64,000 nt of DNA from an uncultured bacterium (GCA_963695095.1 CAVOFT010000001.1:1920001-1984000), one strand, 5' to 3'. Positions 20,131 to 31,436 are shown, counted from the first letter of the stretch. A program made the numbers and translations. The notes: generated from the letters alone by a model not told the origin.

Positions 20131-22763
20131 GCCGTGCCAGCGGCCGCCTGACGCCCATGATGGCGCAGTATCAGCAGATCAAGCGCGAGCATCCCGACCG
20201 CATCCTGCTCTATCGCATGGGCGATTTCTACGAGACCTTCTACGAGGATGCGGTGACGGCCAGCCGCGTGCTGGGCATTGCGCTGACCACGCGCGGCAAG
20301 AGCGAAGGGGAGCCCGTGCCCCTGGCCGGCGTACCGCATCACTCGGTGAACACCTACATCCATCGCCTGTTGCGCGCGGGCCACAGCGTCGCCATCTGCG
20401 AGCAGGTCGAGGATCCCGCCCTGGCCAAGGGCGTGGTCAAGCGCGCGGTCACCGAGGTGATCACGCCGGGGACCATCGCGATCGAGGAATTCCTGCCCGC
20501 GGATGAAGGCAGCTACTGTCTGGCGCTGCAGCCGGCGATCGACGGCCGCATCGGCTACGCGCTGGGGGATATCGCCAGCGGTGAATTGCTGGCGGGCCTG
20601 GAGCCGGCCGCCCTCGTGCTCGGCCTGCCCGGCCGCTATCGGGTGCGCGAGCTGGTCCATGCCGAAGGCCTGGAGGAGGCCGGCTGGCTCGCGGAATTGC
20701 GCGGCCTCTATCCGGACCTGCATCTGACGCCGCGGCGAGCCTGGGACTTCCTCGCCGGCGAGGCCGAAGGCGCCCTGTGCCGGCACTTCGGTGTCGCGCG
20801 CAGCGAGCTGCTGGGTTTTCGCAGCGGCGAGGAGGCGATGCAGCGCGCGACGGGGGCCCTGCTCGGCTACTTCCATGAGCTGAAGAGCGCCGATCTCTCC
20901 TATGTCGACCGCATCCAGTTCCTGCGTGCGGACGCGACGATGGTCCTGGACCGCGTGACGGTGGAGAACCTGGAGCTGCTGCGGCCTCTGCGCGGGGAGG
21001 ATGCCGCCGCCACGCTCTTCGCGCAGCTCAACCGCTGTCGCACGCGCATGGGCGCTCGCCTGCTGTCGCGCTGGCTGCTGGCGCCCCTGCTCGATGTCGC
21101 GGCCATCCAGGCGCGGCTGGACGCCGTGGGCGAACTGCTGGCAGACCCGGCCCGGCGGCGCGATCTGGGCGAGCAGCTGGCGCGCGCGGCCGACCTGGAG
21201 CGACTCATCGGCCGCCTGGGCAGCGGGCAGGGCCGCCCGCGCGATCTGAGAGCCCTGGCCGACACGCTGGCCCTGTTGCCGGCCCTGCAGGCCCTGCTCG
21301 CGGACTCCAGCAGCGCCCTGCTCCAGGAGCTGGGCACGACCCTGCTGCCTCTGGCTCCCCTGCGGGACCTGCTGGCCGCCGGCCTGGTGGACGAGCCGCC
21401 CGCCAGGCTCGGCGAGGGCGGGCTGATCGCCGAGGGCTTCGACGCGGAGCTCGACCGCCTGCGCAGGCTCAGCAGCGAGGGGCGGGCCTGGATTCTCGGT
21501 CTCCAGGAGGAGGAGCGCGCGCGCAGCGGCATCGCGAAGCTGAAGGTGGGCTACAACCGCGTCTTCGGCTACTACCTGGAAGTGGGGCGCAGCCAGGAGG
21601 GCAAGGTGCCCGCCGACTACACGCTGAAGCAGACGCTCACCGATAGCCTGCGCTACAGCACGCCCGGGCTCAAGAGTCGCGAGGAGGAGATCCTCGGCGC
21701 GGAGGAGCGCCGCCAGCGCCGGGAGCTGGAGCTCTTCGAGGACCTGCGCCGGCAGGCCTTCGCCGAGCATCTGGCCATCCAGACGAACGCGCGCGCACTG
21801 GCCAGCCTGGACTGCCTCGGCGCCCTGGCCGAGCTGGCCGAGCGGGGCCACTATTGCCGGCCGGAGATCCTCGCAGAGCCCCTGCTCGAGATTCGCGGCG
21901 GGCGGCATCCGGTGGTGGAGGCCCTCCTGCCCGCGGGGGGCGATTTCATCCCCAACGATCTCCTGCTCGATCCCGACCGGGAGCAGATCCATCTGCTCAC
22001 GGGCCCGAACATGGGCGGCAAGTCCACCTTCCTGCGCCAGACGGCCCTCATCGTGATCCTGGCGCAGATGGGCAGCTTCGTACCGGCGGCCGCCGCGCGC
22101 GTGGGCCTCGCCGACGCCATCTTCACGCGCGTCGGCGCGAGCGACAACCTGGCGCGCGGTCAGAGCACCTTCTTGATCGAGATGGAGGAGACGGCCGCGA
22201 TCCTGAGAAGCCTCGGCCCACGCAGCCTGGTGCTGATGGACGAGGTGGGGCGCGGCACCAGCACCTACGACGGACTGAGCCTCGCCTGGGCGGTGCTCGA
22301 GCACCTGCACGGCCCCGTGGCCGAGCCGGCCCCGCGCCCGCGCTGCCTCTTCGCCACGCACTATCACGAGCTGACGCGTCTGGAAGCCGAGCTGCCCCGC
22401 CTGCGCAATTACCATGTCACGGTGAAGGAGTGGCAGGAGACGATCGTCTTCCTGCGCCGCATCGAGCCCGGTCCGGCCGAGCGCAGCTATGGCATCCACG
22501 TCGCGCGCCTCGCGGGCCTGCCGCCCGCCGTGATCGCCCGCGCCTTTCAGCTCTTGCAATGGATCGAACAAAACCGGACCATGGCGGATGAGCTCGCCGG
22601 CGCCCCGGCGCCCCGGCAACAACTGGAGCTGTTTCCGGCCGGCCCGCGAGCGCTGCTGCGCGCGCTGGGGGCGCTGGATCTCGAAACGATGACGCCCCTG
22701 GACGCGCTGAACGCATTGCACCAGCTGCAGGCACAGCTAGAGGCCGAAGGCGGCGCGCCATGA
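20127..22763 (+). CDS. mutS: DNA mismatch repair protein MutS
   Basis: TPMMAQY, GDFYE, TGPNMGGKST, DEVGRGT, FATHYHEL, SYGIHVA. Confidence 0.98.
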   Translation: MSRASGRLTPMMAQYQQIKREHPDRILLYRMGDFYETFYEDAVTASRVLGIALTTRGKSEGEPVPLAGVPHHSVNTYIHRLLRAGHSVAICEQVEDPALAKGVVKRAVTEVITPGTIAIEEFLPADEGSYCLALQPAIDGRIGYALGDIASGELLAGLEPAALVLGLPGRYRVRELVHAEGLEEAGWLAELRGLYPDLHLTPRRAWDFLAGEAEGALCRHFGVARSELLGFRSGEEAMQRATGALLGYFHELKSADLSYVDRIQFLRADATMVLDRVTVENLELLRPLRGEDAAATLFAQLNRCRTRMGARLLSRWLLAPLLDVAAIQARLDAVGELLADPARRRDLGEQLARAADLERLIGRLGSGQGRPRDLRALADTLALLPALQALLADSSSALLQELGTTLLPLAPLRDLLAAGLVDEPPARLGEGGLIAEGFDAELDRLRRLSSEGRAWILGLQEEERARSGIAKLKVGYNRVFGYYLEVGRSQEGKVPADYTLKQTLTDSLRYSTPGLKSREEEILGAEERRQRRELELFEDLRRQAFAEHLAIQTNARALASLDCLGALAELAERGHYCRPEILAEPLLEIRGGRHPVVEALLPAGGDFIPNDLLLDPDREQIHLLTGPNMGGKSTFLRQTALIVILAQMGSFVPAAAARVGLADAIFTRVGASDNLARGQSTFLIEMEETAAILRSLGPRSLVLMDEVGRGTSTYDGLSLAWAVLEHLHGPVAEPAPRPRCLFATHYHELTRLEAELPRLRNYHVTVKEWQETIVFLRRIEPGPAERSYGIHVARLAGLPPAVIARAFQLLQWIEQNRTMADELAGAPAPRQQLELFPAGPRALLRALGALDLETMTPLDALNALHQLQAQLEAEGGAP

Positions 22764-23560
22764 CGCAGACCCGCGAGAGAGTGATCCTGGCCGGCGACGA
22801 CGCCGAACTCGTGCCCCTGCTCGAGCGGCTGCGGGCGCGGGGCCTGGCCGAGATCGTGGCCCTGGGCAGCGCCGCGCCCGACAGCCTCACCGCCATCCTG
22901 GCAGCGGTCGGGGGCCTGCCCCTGCTCACGCTTGCCGGCGCCGAGCCGGTGCCGGCGGCGGACCTCTGGATCTGCTCGGCGGACTGGCGCTCGCGGGCGG
23001 GGGCCACGCCCTGCCTGGCCTTCCCGGCCGCGCTCGAGCGCTGGCCGGAGAGCGCCGCCGCCCCGGCCCCGGCCGCGCCGGCAGCGGATCCGGCGCTGCG
23101 CGAGCAGGCGGCCGTCGCGCTGGCCGGCGCCCCCTTCGCCGCCTTCGCGCGGGAACTGCAGCGGGAGATCCAGCGCAGCCAGCGCTACCATCTCGGTTTC
23201 ACGCTCTCCATCCTGCGGGTCCTGGACGCTGCCGGCCAGGCCCTGCCCGAACGGGCCTTCCTCGCCGAGCCCCTGCGCGGCCTGCCGGCGCGGGCGGGCC
23301 GCGCCTGCGACAGCTGGGGGCTCAGCCAGGAAGGCTACCTGCTCCATCTGGCCCCGGAAACGCTGGAGCAGGCCAGCGCACTGCGCCGCCGCCTGGAAGC
23401 GGCCCTCCAAGAGGCTCTGGCCGGCCAGCCCGGTGGCCCCTGGCGCGTGGAGACGGGCCAGGCGCTCTATCCGCGCGATGGCGAGCTCGGCAAGGCCCTG
23501 GTCGACATCGCGCTGCAGCGACTGCTGCGGCGCCTCGCCCGGGGCGAGGCCGATTCATGA
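22760..23560 (+). CDS. Hypothetical protein with a degenerate GGDEF-like C-terminal domain
   Basis: REIQRSQRYHLGFTLSIL and GQALYPRDG resemble GGDEF-domain borders; no GG(D/E)EF motif; ATGA overlaps on both sides. Confidence 0.55.
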   Translation: MTQTRERVILAGDDAELVPLLERLRARGLAEIVALGSAAPDSLTAILAAVGGLPLLTLAGAEPVPAADLWICSADWRSRAGATPCLAFPAALERWPESAAAPAPAAPAADPALREQAAVALAGAPFAAFARELQREIQRSQRYHLGFTLSILRVLDAAGQALPERAFLAEPLRGLPARAGRACDSWGLSQEGYLLHLAPETLEQASALRRRLEAALQEALAGQPGGPWRVETGQALYPRDGELGKALVDIALQRLLRRLARGEADS

Positions 23561-25362
23561 GGGAAGCCATCCGCGCCCTCTCGCCGGAGACGGTGAACCG
23601 CATCGCCGCCGGCGAGGTGGTCGAGCGCCCCGCCTCGGTGCTCAAGGAACTGCTCGAGAACGCCCTCGACGCGGGCGCCGCGCGCATCGAGCTGGAGTTC
23701 GCCGGCGGCGGCGTGACCTTGCTGCGCCTGAGCGACGACGGCCAGGGCATCCCCCGCGAAGAGCTCGCCCTGGCCCTGGAGCGCCACGCGACGAGCAAGA
23801 TCCGCACGCTGGCGGACCTGGAGCGCGGCGCCACGCTCGGCTTCCGGGGCGAGGCCCTGGCGGCCATCGCTTCGGTGTCCCTGCTCGAACTCGTCAGTCG
23901 CGTCGAGGGCGCCGACAGCGCCTGGCTGATCGCTGCGCGGGGGGGCCGGGTGGACGCGCCGCGCCCGGCGGCGCGCGCGCGCGGCACCACCGTGACCGTG
24001 CGGGAGCTCTTCGGCGATCTGCCCGCGCGGCGCAAGTTCCTGCGCAGCGAGAGCGGCGAGAAGCGCCGGCTGCTGGAGATCTGGCACACCTATGCGCTGG
24101 CCTATCCCGAGCTGCACTTCGTCCTGCGCGAGGAGGGCCGCGACCTGCTGCAACTGCCTCCGGTCGCCGATGCCCGGGAGCGCGCGGGCGCGCTGCTCGG
24201 CGAGGCCACGGCGCGCCACATGGTGGCGCTGGCCGGGACGGAGGGGGACTTCACCGTGCGGGGCCTGATCACGCTGCCCCTGGTCAGCCGGGGCAACCGC
24301 AGCCATCAGTTCCTCTATCTGGGGCGGCGGCCCATCGAGGATAGGCAGGTCAGCCACGCCATCACCCAGGCCGGCGCCGAGTCCTTGCCGCCGGGCCGCT
24401 TCCCGGCGGCGATCCTGTTCATCGAAGCGCCGCCGGGGCAGGTGGACGTCAACGTGCATCCCGCCAAGCGCGAGGTGCGCTTCCGCGACGGCCGCCTCGT
24501 GCACCACCTGGTCAGCCAGGCGATCCGGGGCGCGCTCAGCGAACGCGGCGGCCTCAGGCGATTGCTCGCGACCAGCGATGACCCGCAACTCGGTCCCCAG
24601 CGCGGGGCCGGTCCGGCGGCCGCTCCGGGGGGCCGGGCAGCGGGCCCGGGCCAGAGCGACCTCGCCCTGCCCCCGGGCCCGGCGGCGTTCCCAGGTGGGC
24701 GCCGCGCGGGTGGAGGAGAGAGCTGGCTGCGCCTGGGCGCCGCCGCCCTGGCCGAAGGCGCAGGGGCGCCGGAGGCGGAGCGCGAGGAGCGGCGCTTCTG
24801 GCAGCTGCACGACAGCTTCATCCTCACCCAGATCCGGGGCGGGCTGGTCATCATCGATCAGCACAACGCCCACGAGCGCGTGATCTACGATCGGGCGCGC
24901 GCGGCCATGGCCGGCGAGACGCCGGGCGTGCAGCGCCTGCTCTTTCCGCACACGCTCGAGCTCGGCCCGGCCGCGATGGCCGCCTGGCAGGAGCACGCGA
25001 GCTTCTTCCGCGAGCTGGGCTTCCTCATCGAGAGCTTCGGCGAGCGGACCCTCTCGGTGACGGGCATCCCCGACACCCTGCGCCGCTGGGATGGCGGCCA
25101 GGTGATCCTGGACATCCTCGACGAGGTGATCGCCGAGAGCGGCGGCACCGCCGCGCGCCGCGATCGGGCGCTCATCAGCTTCAGCTGCAAGAGCGCCATC
25201 AAGGCGGGCGAGCCGCTGCGCGAGGAGGAGATGGCCGAGCTCGTCGATCGGCTCTTCGGCACCGAGAACCCCTACACCTGCCCGCATGGGCGGCCCATCG
25301 TGATCCGCATCAGCATGGACGAGCTCGAGAAGCGCTTCCATCGGCGGGTACCGAACTCCTGA
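23557..25362 (+). CDS. mutL: DNA mismatch repair endonuclease MutL
   Basis: [41 protein letters not shown]. Confidence 0.98.
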   Translation: MREAIRALSPETVNRIAAGEVVERPASVLKELLENALDAGAARIELEFAGGGVTLLRLSDDGQGIPREELALALERHATSKIRTLADLERGATLGFRGEALAAIASVSLLELVSRVEGADSAWLIAARGGRVDAPRPAARARGTTVTVRELFGDLPARRKFLRSESGEKRRLLEIWHTYALAYPELHFVLREEGRDLLQLPPVADARERAGALLGEATARHMVALAGTEGDFTVRGLITLPLVSRGNRSHQFLYLGRRPIEDRQVSHAITQAGAESLPPGRFPAAILFIEAPPGQVDVNVHPAKREVRFRDGRLVHHLVSQAIRGALSERGGLRRLLATSDDPQLGPQRGAGPAAAPGGRAAGPGQSDLALPPGPAAFPGGRRAGGGESWLRLGAAALAEGAGAPEAEREERRFWQLHDSFILTQIRGGLVIIDQHNAHERVIYDRARAAMAGETPGVQRLLFPHTLELGPAAMAAWQEHASFFRELGFLIESFGERTLSVTGIPDTLRRWDGGQVILDILDEVIAESGGTAARRDRALISFSCKSAIKAGEPLREEEMAELVDRLFGTENPYTCPHGRPIVIRISMDELEKRFHRRVPNS

Positions 25363-26281
25363 TGCCCAGGGTCCTGGTGATCATGGGGGCCACCGCGACC
25401 GGCAAGAGCGGCCTGGCGCTGGAGCTGGCGGCGGCCACGGGACGGGAGCTGATCAGCGCCGACAGCCGGCAGGTCTATCGCGGCCTGCGCGTGGGCACGG
25501 CTCAACCGACGGCGGCCGAGCGCGCGCGGGTCCCGCACCATGGCATCGATTTCCTGCCGATCGGGCGAGCGCTGGTCGGCGCGCTCCTTCGCGGCGGCGG
25601 CCCTCGCGCTGCTGGCGCGCGAGGACCGCCCAGCCGGCCATCGTGGTGGGCGGCACGGGCTTCTACCTGGAAGCGCTCTGCGAGGGGCTCTTCCCGGCGG
25701 ACATTCCCGCGGCGCAGCTCGCAACGCTGCGCCGGGAGCTCGCACCCCTGGATGGCCCCGCGCTCCACGCGCGCCTGCTGGCCCTCGATCCCGAGACGGC
25801 CGCGCGCCTGCATCCCCACGATCGCCAGCGCCTGGCGCGCGCGCTCGAGGTCTGCCTGGCCACCGGGCAGCCGCTCTCCGTCCACCACGCGGCGGGGCGC
25901 GAACGGCCGGCGGGTTTCCAGTGGCAGCGCGTCCTGCTTGCTCTGGAGCGCAGGGCCTTGCAGGAGCGCATCGCCGCGCGCCTCGACGCCATGCTGGCCG
26001 GCGGCTGGATCGAGGAGGTCGCCGCCCTGCTCGCCGCGGGCGCGGATCCGGGCGCGCCCGGCCTGCAGGCCCTGGGCTATCCCGAGGTCGTCGCCCACCT
26101 GCGCGGCGATCTCGATCGCGGCGCGCTGCGCGAGCGCATCCTCCTGCGCACGCGCCAGTACGCGAAGCGCCAGGAGACCTGGTGGCGGCATCGCGGGCGG
26201 GCAGACTGCGTGCTCGATCCGAGCGCCGCGGACACGCCCGCCCGGCTGCGGGCCCTCCTGGCGGCCTCCGGGTCGCCTTGA
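25362..26281 (+). CDS. miaA: tRNA dimethylallyltransferase; two apparent 1-nt insertions (~25564, ~25630)
   Basis: GATATGKS and DSRQVY in one frame; VGGTGFY and [11 protein letters not shown] in another; mutL-miaA synteny. Confidence 0.9.
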
Positions 26282-26306
26282 CAGGGCACAGGCCCGCTGC
26301 TAGCCT
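26278..26306 (+). promoter_or_regulatory. sigma70-type promoter of tRNA-Gly
   Basis: TTGACA-17 nt-TAGCCT. Confidence 0.7.
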
Positions 26307-26316
26307 TGGCCCCAGC

Positions 26317-26389
26317 GCGGGAATAGCTCAGTTGGTAGAGCAGTTGCTTCCCAAGCAACAGGCCGCGGGTTCGAGTCCCGTTTCCCGCT
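26317..26389 (+). tRNA. tRNA-Gly(CCC)
   Basis: Acceptor GCGGGAA/TTCCCGC; anticodon arm GTTGC-TTCCCAA-GCAAC; GGTTCGAGTCC T-loop. Confidence 0.97.
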
Positions 26390-26408
26390 CCGCCCGTGCT
26401 CGGCGATC

Positions 26409-26439
26409 GCCCGGCTCCAGCCCAGGGGCCGGGTTTCTC
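26409..26439 (+). terminator. Probable intrinsic terminator after tRNA-Gly
   Basis: CCCGGCTCC-loop-GGGGCCGGG followed by TTTCTC. Confidence 0.5.
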
Positions 26440-26495
26440 GTCGCTGTCGCCCTCAGTGCGCCGCTCTGCAGCGGCCGGCGATTCCGGAGGATGCG

Positions 26496-27851
26496 ATGCG
26501 CCTCATCCGCTCCCCGCGACATCCGGGCCTGCGCATCGCGCCGGCCGCAGCCGGCGCGGGACTGCGCATCACGGCCCTGGGGCCCGCGCTTGCCGGCCGG
26601 CTGGCCGTGGGGGAGCGCCTGCTCGCCGTCGATGGCGAGGCGATCACGGACGTTCTCGATTTCCACTACTACAGCGCCTTCAGTCTCGAGCCGGAATTGA
26701 CCCTGCTGGCTGCCGACGGTCAGGAACGGCACCTGCGCCTGCCCGGCGAGCTGCTCGAGGGCGAGGCCATCGAGTTCGAGCCGCTCGAGTTCAAGACCTG
26801 CGGCAACGACTGCGTCTTCTGCTTCATCCACCAGATGCCCGCCGGCCTGCGCGATGACCTCTACTTCATGGACGAGGACTACCGGCTGGGTTTCCTCTAC
26901 GGCAACTACGTGACGCTGGCCCTCGCGCGCGAGCACGAGCTCGAGCGCATCGTCCGCCAGCGCCTGAGCCCGGTGTATCTCTCGGTGCACGCCACGGACA
27001 TGGCCCTGCGCAATCGGCTGCTGGGCCTCAAGCGCAGCCGCGACCTGGGCGAGCTCATCGGGCGCCTGCTGGCAGGGGGCATCGCCATCCACACGCAGGT
27101 GGTGCTGGTGCCCGACTGGAACGACGGCGCCGCCCTCGACAAGACGATCGCGGACCTGGCCGCCTACCATCCGGGCATCGAGAGTCTGGGCATCGTGCCG
27201 GTGGGGCTCACCGCGCACCGCGAGCGGCTCACGGCCCTGAAGACCTTCGGCGCGGCGGGCTGCGCCGCGGTGATCGAGCAGGTGGAGGGCTGGCAGCGGC
27301 GCCTCAAGGGCGAGCTCGGCACGCGCTTCGCGCATCTGGCCGACGAGTTCTACCTGCAGGCCGGCCGGCCGCTGCCCGCGATGGCCGACTACGAGGAGTT
27401 CTACCTCTACGACAACGGCATCGGCATGAGCCGCGACTTCCTGGACACCGTGCTCGCCGAGGCGGCGCGCTGGACGCCGCCCGCGCGGCCCCTGCGCGCC
27501 GGCCTGCTCACCGGCAAGCTGGGGGAGCAGCTCTTCCGCGAGACGCTGCTGCCGGCGCTGCCCGCCCTGCCGGGGCTGAGCCTGGAAGTGCGCGGCCTCG
27601 AGAATCGGCTCTTCGGCGCCGGGATCACGGTGAGCGGCCTGCTGCCGGGGGCCGAACTGCTCGCGGGGCGCGCGCTGCTGCCCGCGGACATCGATGTCCT
27701 CGTCCTGCCGCCGAACACGCTCAATGCCAAGGGGCGCTTCCTGGACGATCTCAGCCTCGAGGAGTTCCGCGAGCGCGCCGGCCTGCCCGTGCTCGTACCC
27801 GAAAGCGGACTGCTGGGGGCCCTGTCCGAGTTCGCGCGCGGCCTGAGCTAG
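26496..27851 (+). CDS. PDZ + radical-SAM-like DUF512 family protein
   Basis: CGNDCVFCFIHQMP.GLR..LY..DEDYRLGFLYGNY; ADEFYL; lies upstream of der, as is common for this family. Confidence 0.85.
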   Translation: MRLIRSPRHPGLRIAPAAAGAGLRITALGPALAGRLAVGERLLAVDGEAITDVLDFHYYSAFSLEPELTLLAADGQERHLRLPGELLEGEAIEFEPLEFKTCGNDCVFCFIHQMPAGLRDDLYFMDEDYRLGFLYGNYVTLALAREHELERIVRQRLSPVYLSVHATDMALRNRLLGLKRSRDLGELIGRLLAGGIAIHTQVVLVPDWNDGAALDKTIADLAAYHPGIESLGIVPVGLTAHRERLTALKTFGAAGCAAVIEQVEGWQRRLKGELGTRFAHLADEFYLQAGRPLPAMADYEEFYLYDNGIGMSRDFLDTVLAEAARWTPPARPLRAGLLTGKLGEQLFRETLLPALPALPGLSLEVRGLENRLFGAGITVSGLLPGAELLAGRALLPADIDVLVLPPNTLNAKGRFLDDLSLEEFRERAGLPVLVPESGLLGALSEFARGLS

Positions 27852-27933
27852 AATCCACTTGAACCTTGCCCGTCGGCCCTGCTAAGGTGCGCCTATCGCC
27901 TTAGATTTCATTGCTTTTCGCGGGATCGCTCAA

Positions 27934-29269
27934 GTGCCGGCACTCTCTACCATCGCCATCGTCGGGCGCCCCAACGTGGGCAAATCGACGCTGTTCAACC
28001 GCCTGGCGGGCCGCCGCATCGCGGTGGTGCACCCGCGCGCGGGCGTCACGCGTGACCGCCTGGTGACCCAGGTCGAGCGGGACGGCCGTCGGCTCTGGCT
28101 CGTGGACACGGGCGGCATCAGCCTCGACAAGGATGAGCTGTCCCAGCTCACCACCGAGAGCGCCAAGGCGGCCCTCGACGAGGCGGATCTGCTCTTCTTC
28201 CTCACCGACGCCCGCACGGGCGTGACTGACGAGGATCTGGCCGTGAGCAAGCTGCTCAGGCGGCGCGCGGAGAAGGTCTGGCTCCTGGTGAACAAGGTCG
28301 AGCGGGCCGAGGACGAGTACGCCGTCCACGACTTCCACCGCCTGGGCCTGGGCGAGCCCCTGGGGCTCAGCGCTCTGCACGGCGGCGCCGGGATCACGGA
28401 GCTGTGGGAGCGCCTGCTGCCCCTGGTGCCGCCCCTGCCGACGGGGGCGGCCATGGATCGGCAGCTGCGCCTGGCCGTGGTGGGGCGCCCCAACGTGGGC
28501 AAGAGCAGCCTCGTCAACGCCTTGCTGGGCGAGGAGCGGATGATCGTCAGCGAGGTGCCCGGGCACCACCCGCGACGCCGTGGACAGCCCCCTGAAGTGG
28601 CATGGGCGGGAAGCCGTGCTCATCGACACGGCGGGCCTGCGCCGCAAGGCCCGCACGAAGACGCGCCTGGACGTCTACAGCAGCCTGCGCAGCCTCTCGG
28701 CCATCGACAATGCGAACGTCGTGCTGATGGTGCTGGACGCGAGCCGGCCCTTCGCCGAGCAGGATCTGCGCATCGCGCGCCATGCCCACGAGGAGGGCAA
28801 GGGCGTGCTGATCGCCGTCAACAAGTGGGACCTGCTGGAAAAGGACGACAGCACGCTCGGCGAGGTGCTGGGGCGCGTGCGCGAGGCGATGCCCTTCCTC
28901 AGCTACGCGCCGGTGCTCTTCATCTCGGCGGAGACGCGCCAGCGCATCCACAGCGTGCTGGAGACGGCCTTCCGCGTCTTCGACAAGCGCGGGCAGCGCC
29001 TGGCCACCGGGCCCCTCAATGCCTGGCTCAAGTCGGCCGTGGAACGGCGACCGCCCCGCTACAACGAGGGCGGCACCGGCCGCTTCTACTACATGACCCA
29101 GACGGGAACCGCCCCGCCCAGCTTCACGCTCTTCGTGAACAAGCCCGAGTGGGTGCATTCCACCTACAGGCGTTACCTGATCAACCAGCTGCGCGTGCAC
29201 TTCGACTTCGAGGGCAGCCCGGTGCGCCTCAACCTCAAGGCGCGCAGCCGCCGGGAACAGCCCACATGA
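27934..29269 (+). CDS. der: Ribosome biogenesis GTPase Der/EngA; apparent 1-nt insertion near 28561
   Basis: Two GRPNVGKS P-loops, DTGG/DTAG, NKWD; frame break inside PGTTRD. Confidence 0.95.
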
Positions 29270-29874
29270 GCGCGCTGCTGCTCGTCGGCGCCTACTTGCT
29301 CGGCGGCATTCCCTTCGGCTACCTGGCCGGCCGCCTGGTGGCGGGCGTCGACCTCAGGCAGGTGGGCAGCGGCAATCTCGGCGCGACGAATGCCATCCGC
29401 CAGCTCGGCTGGGGCTGGGGCGCCACGGTGTTCGGCCTCGATCTCCTCAAGGGCTGGGTGGCCGTGGCCCTCGCCCAGCGCTACGGCGCGAGCGCCGGCG
29501 CCTGGCTGCCCGTGGCAGCCGGCCTGGCGGCCATCCTCGGCCACAGCTTCACGCCCTACCTGGGCGGCAGGGGCGGCAAGGGCGTGGCGACCAGCGCCGG
29601 CGTCTTCCTGCGCCTGGCGCCCGTCCCCACCGGGCTCGCGCTGCTCTGCTTCCTGGCCGTGATGCTCCTCTTCCGCATCGTCTCCCTGTCCAGCCTCGCG
29701 GCGACGACGGCCCTGCCGCTCCTGCTCGTCTGGCGCCAGCCGGACCAGCCCCTGCTCCTGGGCTTCGCCCTGCTGATTGCCCTGTTCATCTGGATTCGCC
29801 ACCGCGGCAATCTCCGCCGGCTCCTGCGCGGCGAGGAGCCCCGCCTGGGCGGCCCAACCCGGGGAGGCACCTGA
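29266..29874 (+). CDS. plsY: Glycerol-3-phosphate acyltransferase PlsY
   Basis: GSGNLGATN, DLLKG, GGKGVAT, HRGNLRRL. Confidence 0.95.
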   Translation: MSALLLVGAYLLGGIPFGYLAGRLVAGVDLRQVGSGNLGATNAIRQLGWGWGATVFGLDLLKGWVAVALAQRYGASAGAWLPVAAGLAAILGHSFTPYLGGRGGKGVATSAGVFLRLAPVPTGLALLCFLAVMLLFRIVSLSSLAATTALPLLLVWRQPDQPLLLGFALLIALFIWIRHRGNLRRLLRGEEPRLGGPTRGGT

Positions 29875-30917
29875 TGGCGCGCGTCGCCGTGCTCGGCTGC
29901 GGCAGCTGGGGCAGTGCCCTGGCCAAGGCCCTCCATGAGGGGGGCAACGCCGTGCGGCTCTGGGGGCACCTGGACGCGGAGATCGATGCGATCCGAAGCG
30001 AGGGCACGAACGCGAAGTACCTGCCGGGCGTGGCGCTGCCCGCTGCGGTCTGCGCGGGGGCGACCACGGATCTTGCCGCGGCGCTGAGCGATTGCGAAGC
30101 GCTGGCGCTCGTGGTGCCGAGCGTGGTCCTGCGCGAGGTGGCCGCGCGGACGGCGGCCTCGCCCGCCCTGCCGGCCGCGGCGACCTGGATCCTGGCCGCC
30201 AAGGGCCTGGATCCTGCGAGCGGCCGCAACCTCTGCTGGGCCATCGAGGACGAGGTGGGGCCGCTCGGCGAGCGCCTGCTCGTTCTCGTCGGGCCCAGCC
30301 ATGCGGAGGAGGTGGGCCGCGGCCTGCCCACGGCGCTCGTGCTGGCAGGGCCGGAGAGCCCGCGCCGCGCCGCGCTGCAGCGGGACTTCTCCACCGAGAA
30401 TCTGCGCGTGTACGTCAACGAGGATCGGACCGGCGTGGAGCTGGGCGTGGCGCTCAAGAACGTCGTCGCGCTGGCGGCGGGCATCATCGACGGCGTCGGC
30501 CTGGGCGACAACACGAAGGGCGCCCTCGTCAGCCGCGGCCTGGCCGAGATCGGCCGCTACATCGAATCCCACGGCGGCGACCGGCGCACCCTGCTCGGGC
30601 TGGCTGGCGTGGGGGATCTGGTCACCACCTGCTTCAGCCGGCACAGCCGCAATCGCCACGTGGGCGAGCAGCTCGGGCGGGGCCGCAAGCTGCCGGAGAT
30701 TCTCGCTGAAATGGTGCAGGTGGCCGAGGGCGTGCACACCACGCGCACGCTGCACGAGAAGGCCAGCCGCGAAGGCGTGGAGATGCCCATCACGGAGCAG
30801 GTGTACGCCGTGCTCTTCGCCGGGAAGGATCCGCAGCTCGCCATCCGCGAGCTGATGACCCGCGATCCCGCCCCGGAGATCAGGAAAGGAGGTCGGCATG
30901 CCGGCAGCGAAGCCTGA
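29874..30917 (+). CDS. gpsA: NAD(P)H-dependent glycerol-3-phosphate dehydrogenase
   Basis: GCGSWGSALA, GPSHAEEV, ALKNV, GLAGVGDL..TC.S.HSRN. Confidence 0.96.
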   Translation: MARVAVLGCGSWGSALAKALHEGGNAVRLWGHLDAEIDAIRSEGTNAKYLPGVALPAAVCAGATTDLAAALSDCEALALVVPSVVLREVAARTAASPALPAAATWILAAKGLDPASGRNLCWAIEDEVGPLGERLLVLVGPSHAEEVGRGLPTALVLAGPESPRRAALQRDFSTENLRVYVNEDRTGVELGVALKNVVALAAGIIDGVGLGDNTKGALVSRGLAEIGRYIESHGGDRRTLLGLAGVGDLVTTCFSRHSRNRHVGEQLGRGRKLPEILAEMVQVAEGVHTTRTLHEKASREGVEMPITEQVYAVLFAGKDPQLAIRELMTRDPAPEIRKGGRHAGSEA

Positions 30918-31305
30918 GCGGGCGCGCGCCACCCAGACCCGCCCGAAGAAGGTCGTCGGGCGGCTCTACTGGAGCATCAGCGAGGTGGCGGAGCTGACAG
31001 GGGTCAAGCCGCATGTCCTGCGCTACTGGGAGACGGAGTTTCCCAGCTTCAAGCCGAGCAAGAACAACTCGGGCAATCGCGTCTACCGCGAGCGGGACGT
31101 GGAGCTGGCCGTCGCCATCCGCCACCTGCTGCACCGGGAGCGCTACACGATCGCCGGCGCCCGCCAGCGCCTGGCCGAGACGCGCAAGGTGCGCGATCTG
31201 CTGGATCAGCTCGAGATCCCCTTTGCCCGGGCCGACCAGCGGCAGCTGCTGAAGGAGATCCGCCAGGACCTCGTCGCCCTGCGCCGGGCCCTCGACGGAA
31301 AATAG
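30898..31305 (+). CDS. MerR-family HTH transcriptional regulator
   Basis: SISEVAELTGVKPHVLRYWETEF...YTIAGAR; AGGAGG RBS. Confidence 0.9.
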   Translation: MPAAKPERARATQTRPKKVVGRLYWSISEVAELTGVKPHVLRYWETEFPSFKPSKNNSGNRVYRERDVELAVAIRHLLHRERYTIAGARQRLAETRKVRDLLDQLEIPFARADQRQLLKEIRQDLVALRRALDGK

Positions 31306-31318
31306 GGGCCGCGCCCCC

Positions 31319-31347
31319 TTGTCAGGGTGGGGGCATCTTGGTATATA
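31319..31347 (+). promoter_or_regulatory. sigma70-type promoter of tRNA-Pro(GGG)
   Basis: TTGTCA-17 nt-TATATA. Confidence 0.65.
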
Positions 31348-31357
31348 TCGCCCTGAT

Positions 31358-31431
31358 CGGGGCGTAGCGCAGTCCGGTAGCGCACTTGCATGGGGGGCAA
31401 GTGGTCGTGTGTTCGAATCACATCGCCCCGA
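31358..31431 (+). tRNA. tRNA-Pro(GGG)
   Basis: Acceptor CGGGGCG/CGCCCCG; anticodon arm CTTGC-ATGGGGG-GCAAG; GTTCGAATC. Confidence 0.95.
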
Positions 31432-31436
31432 CCCCA

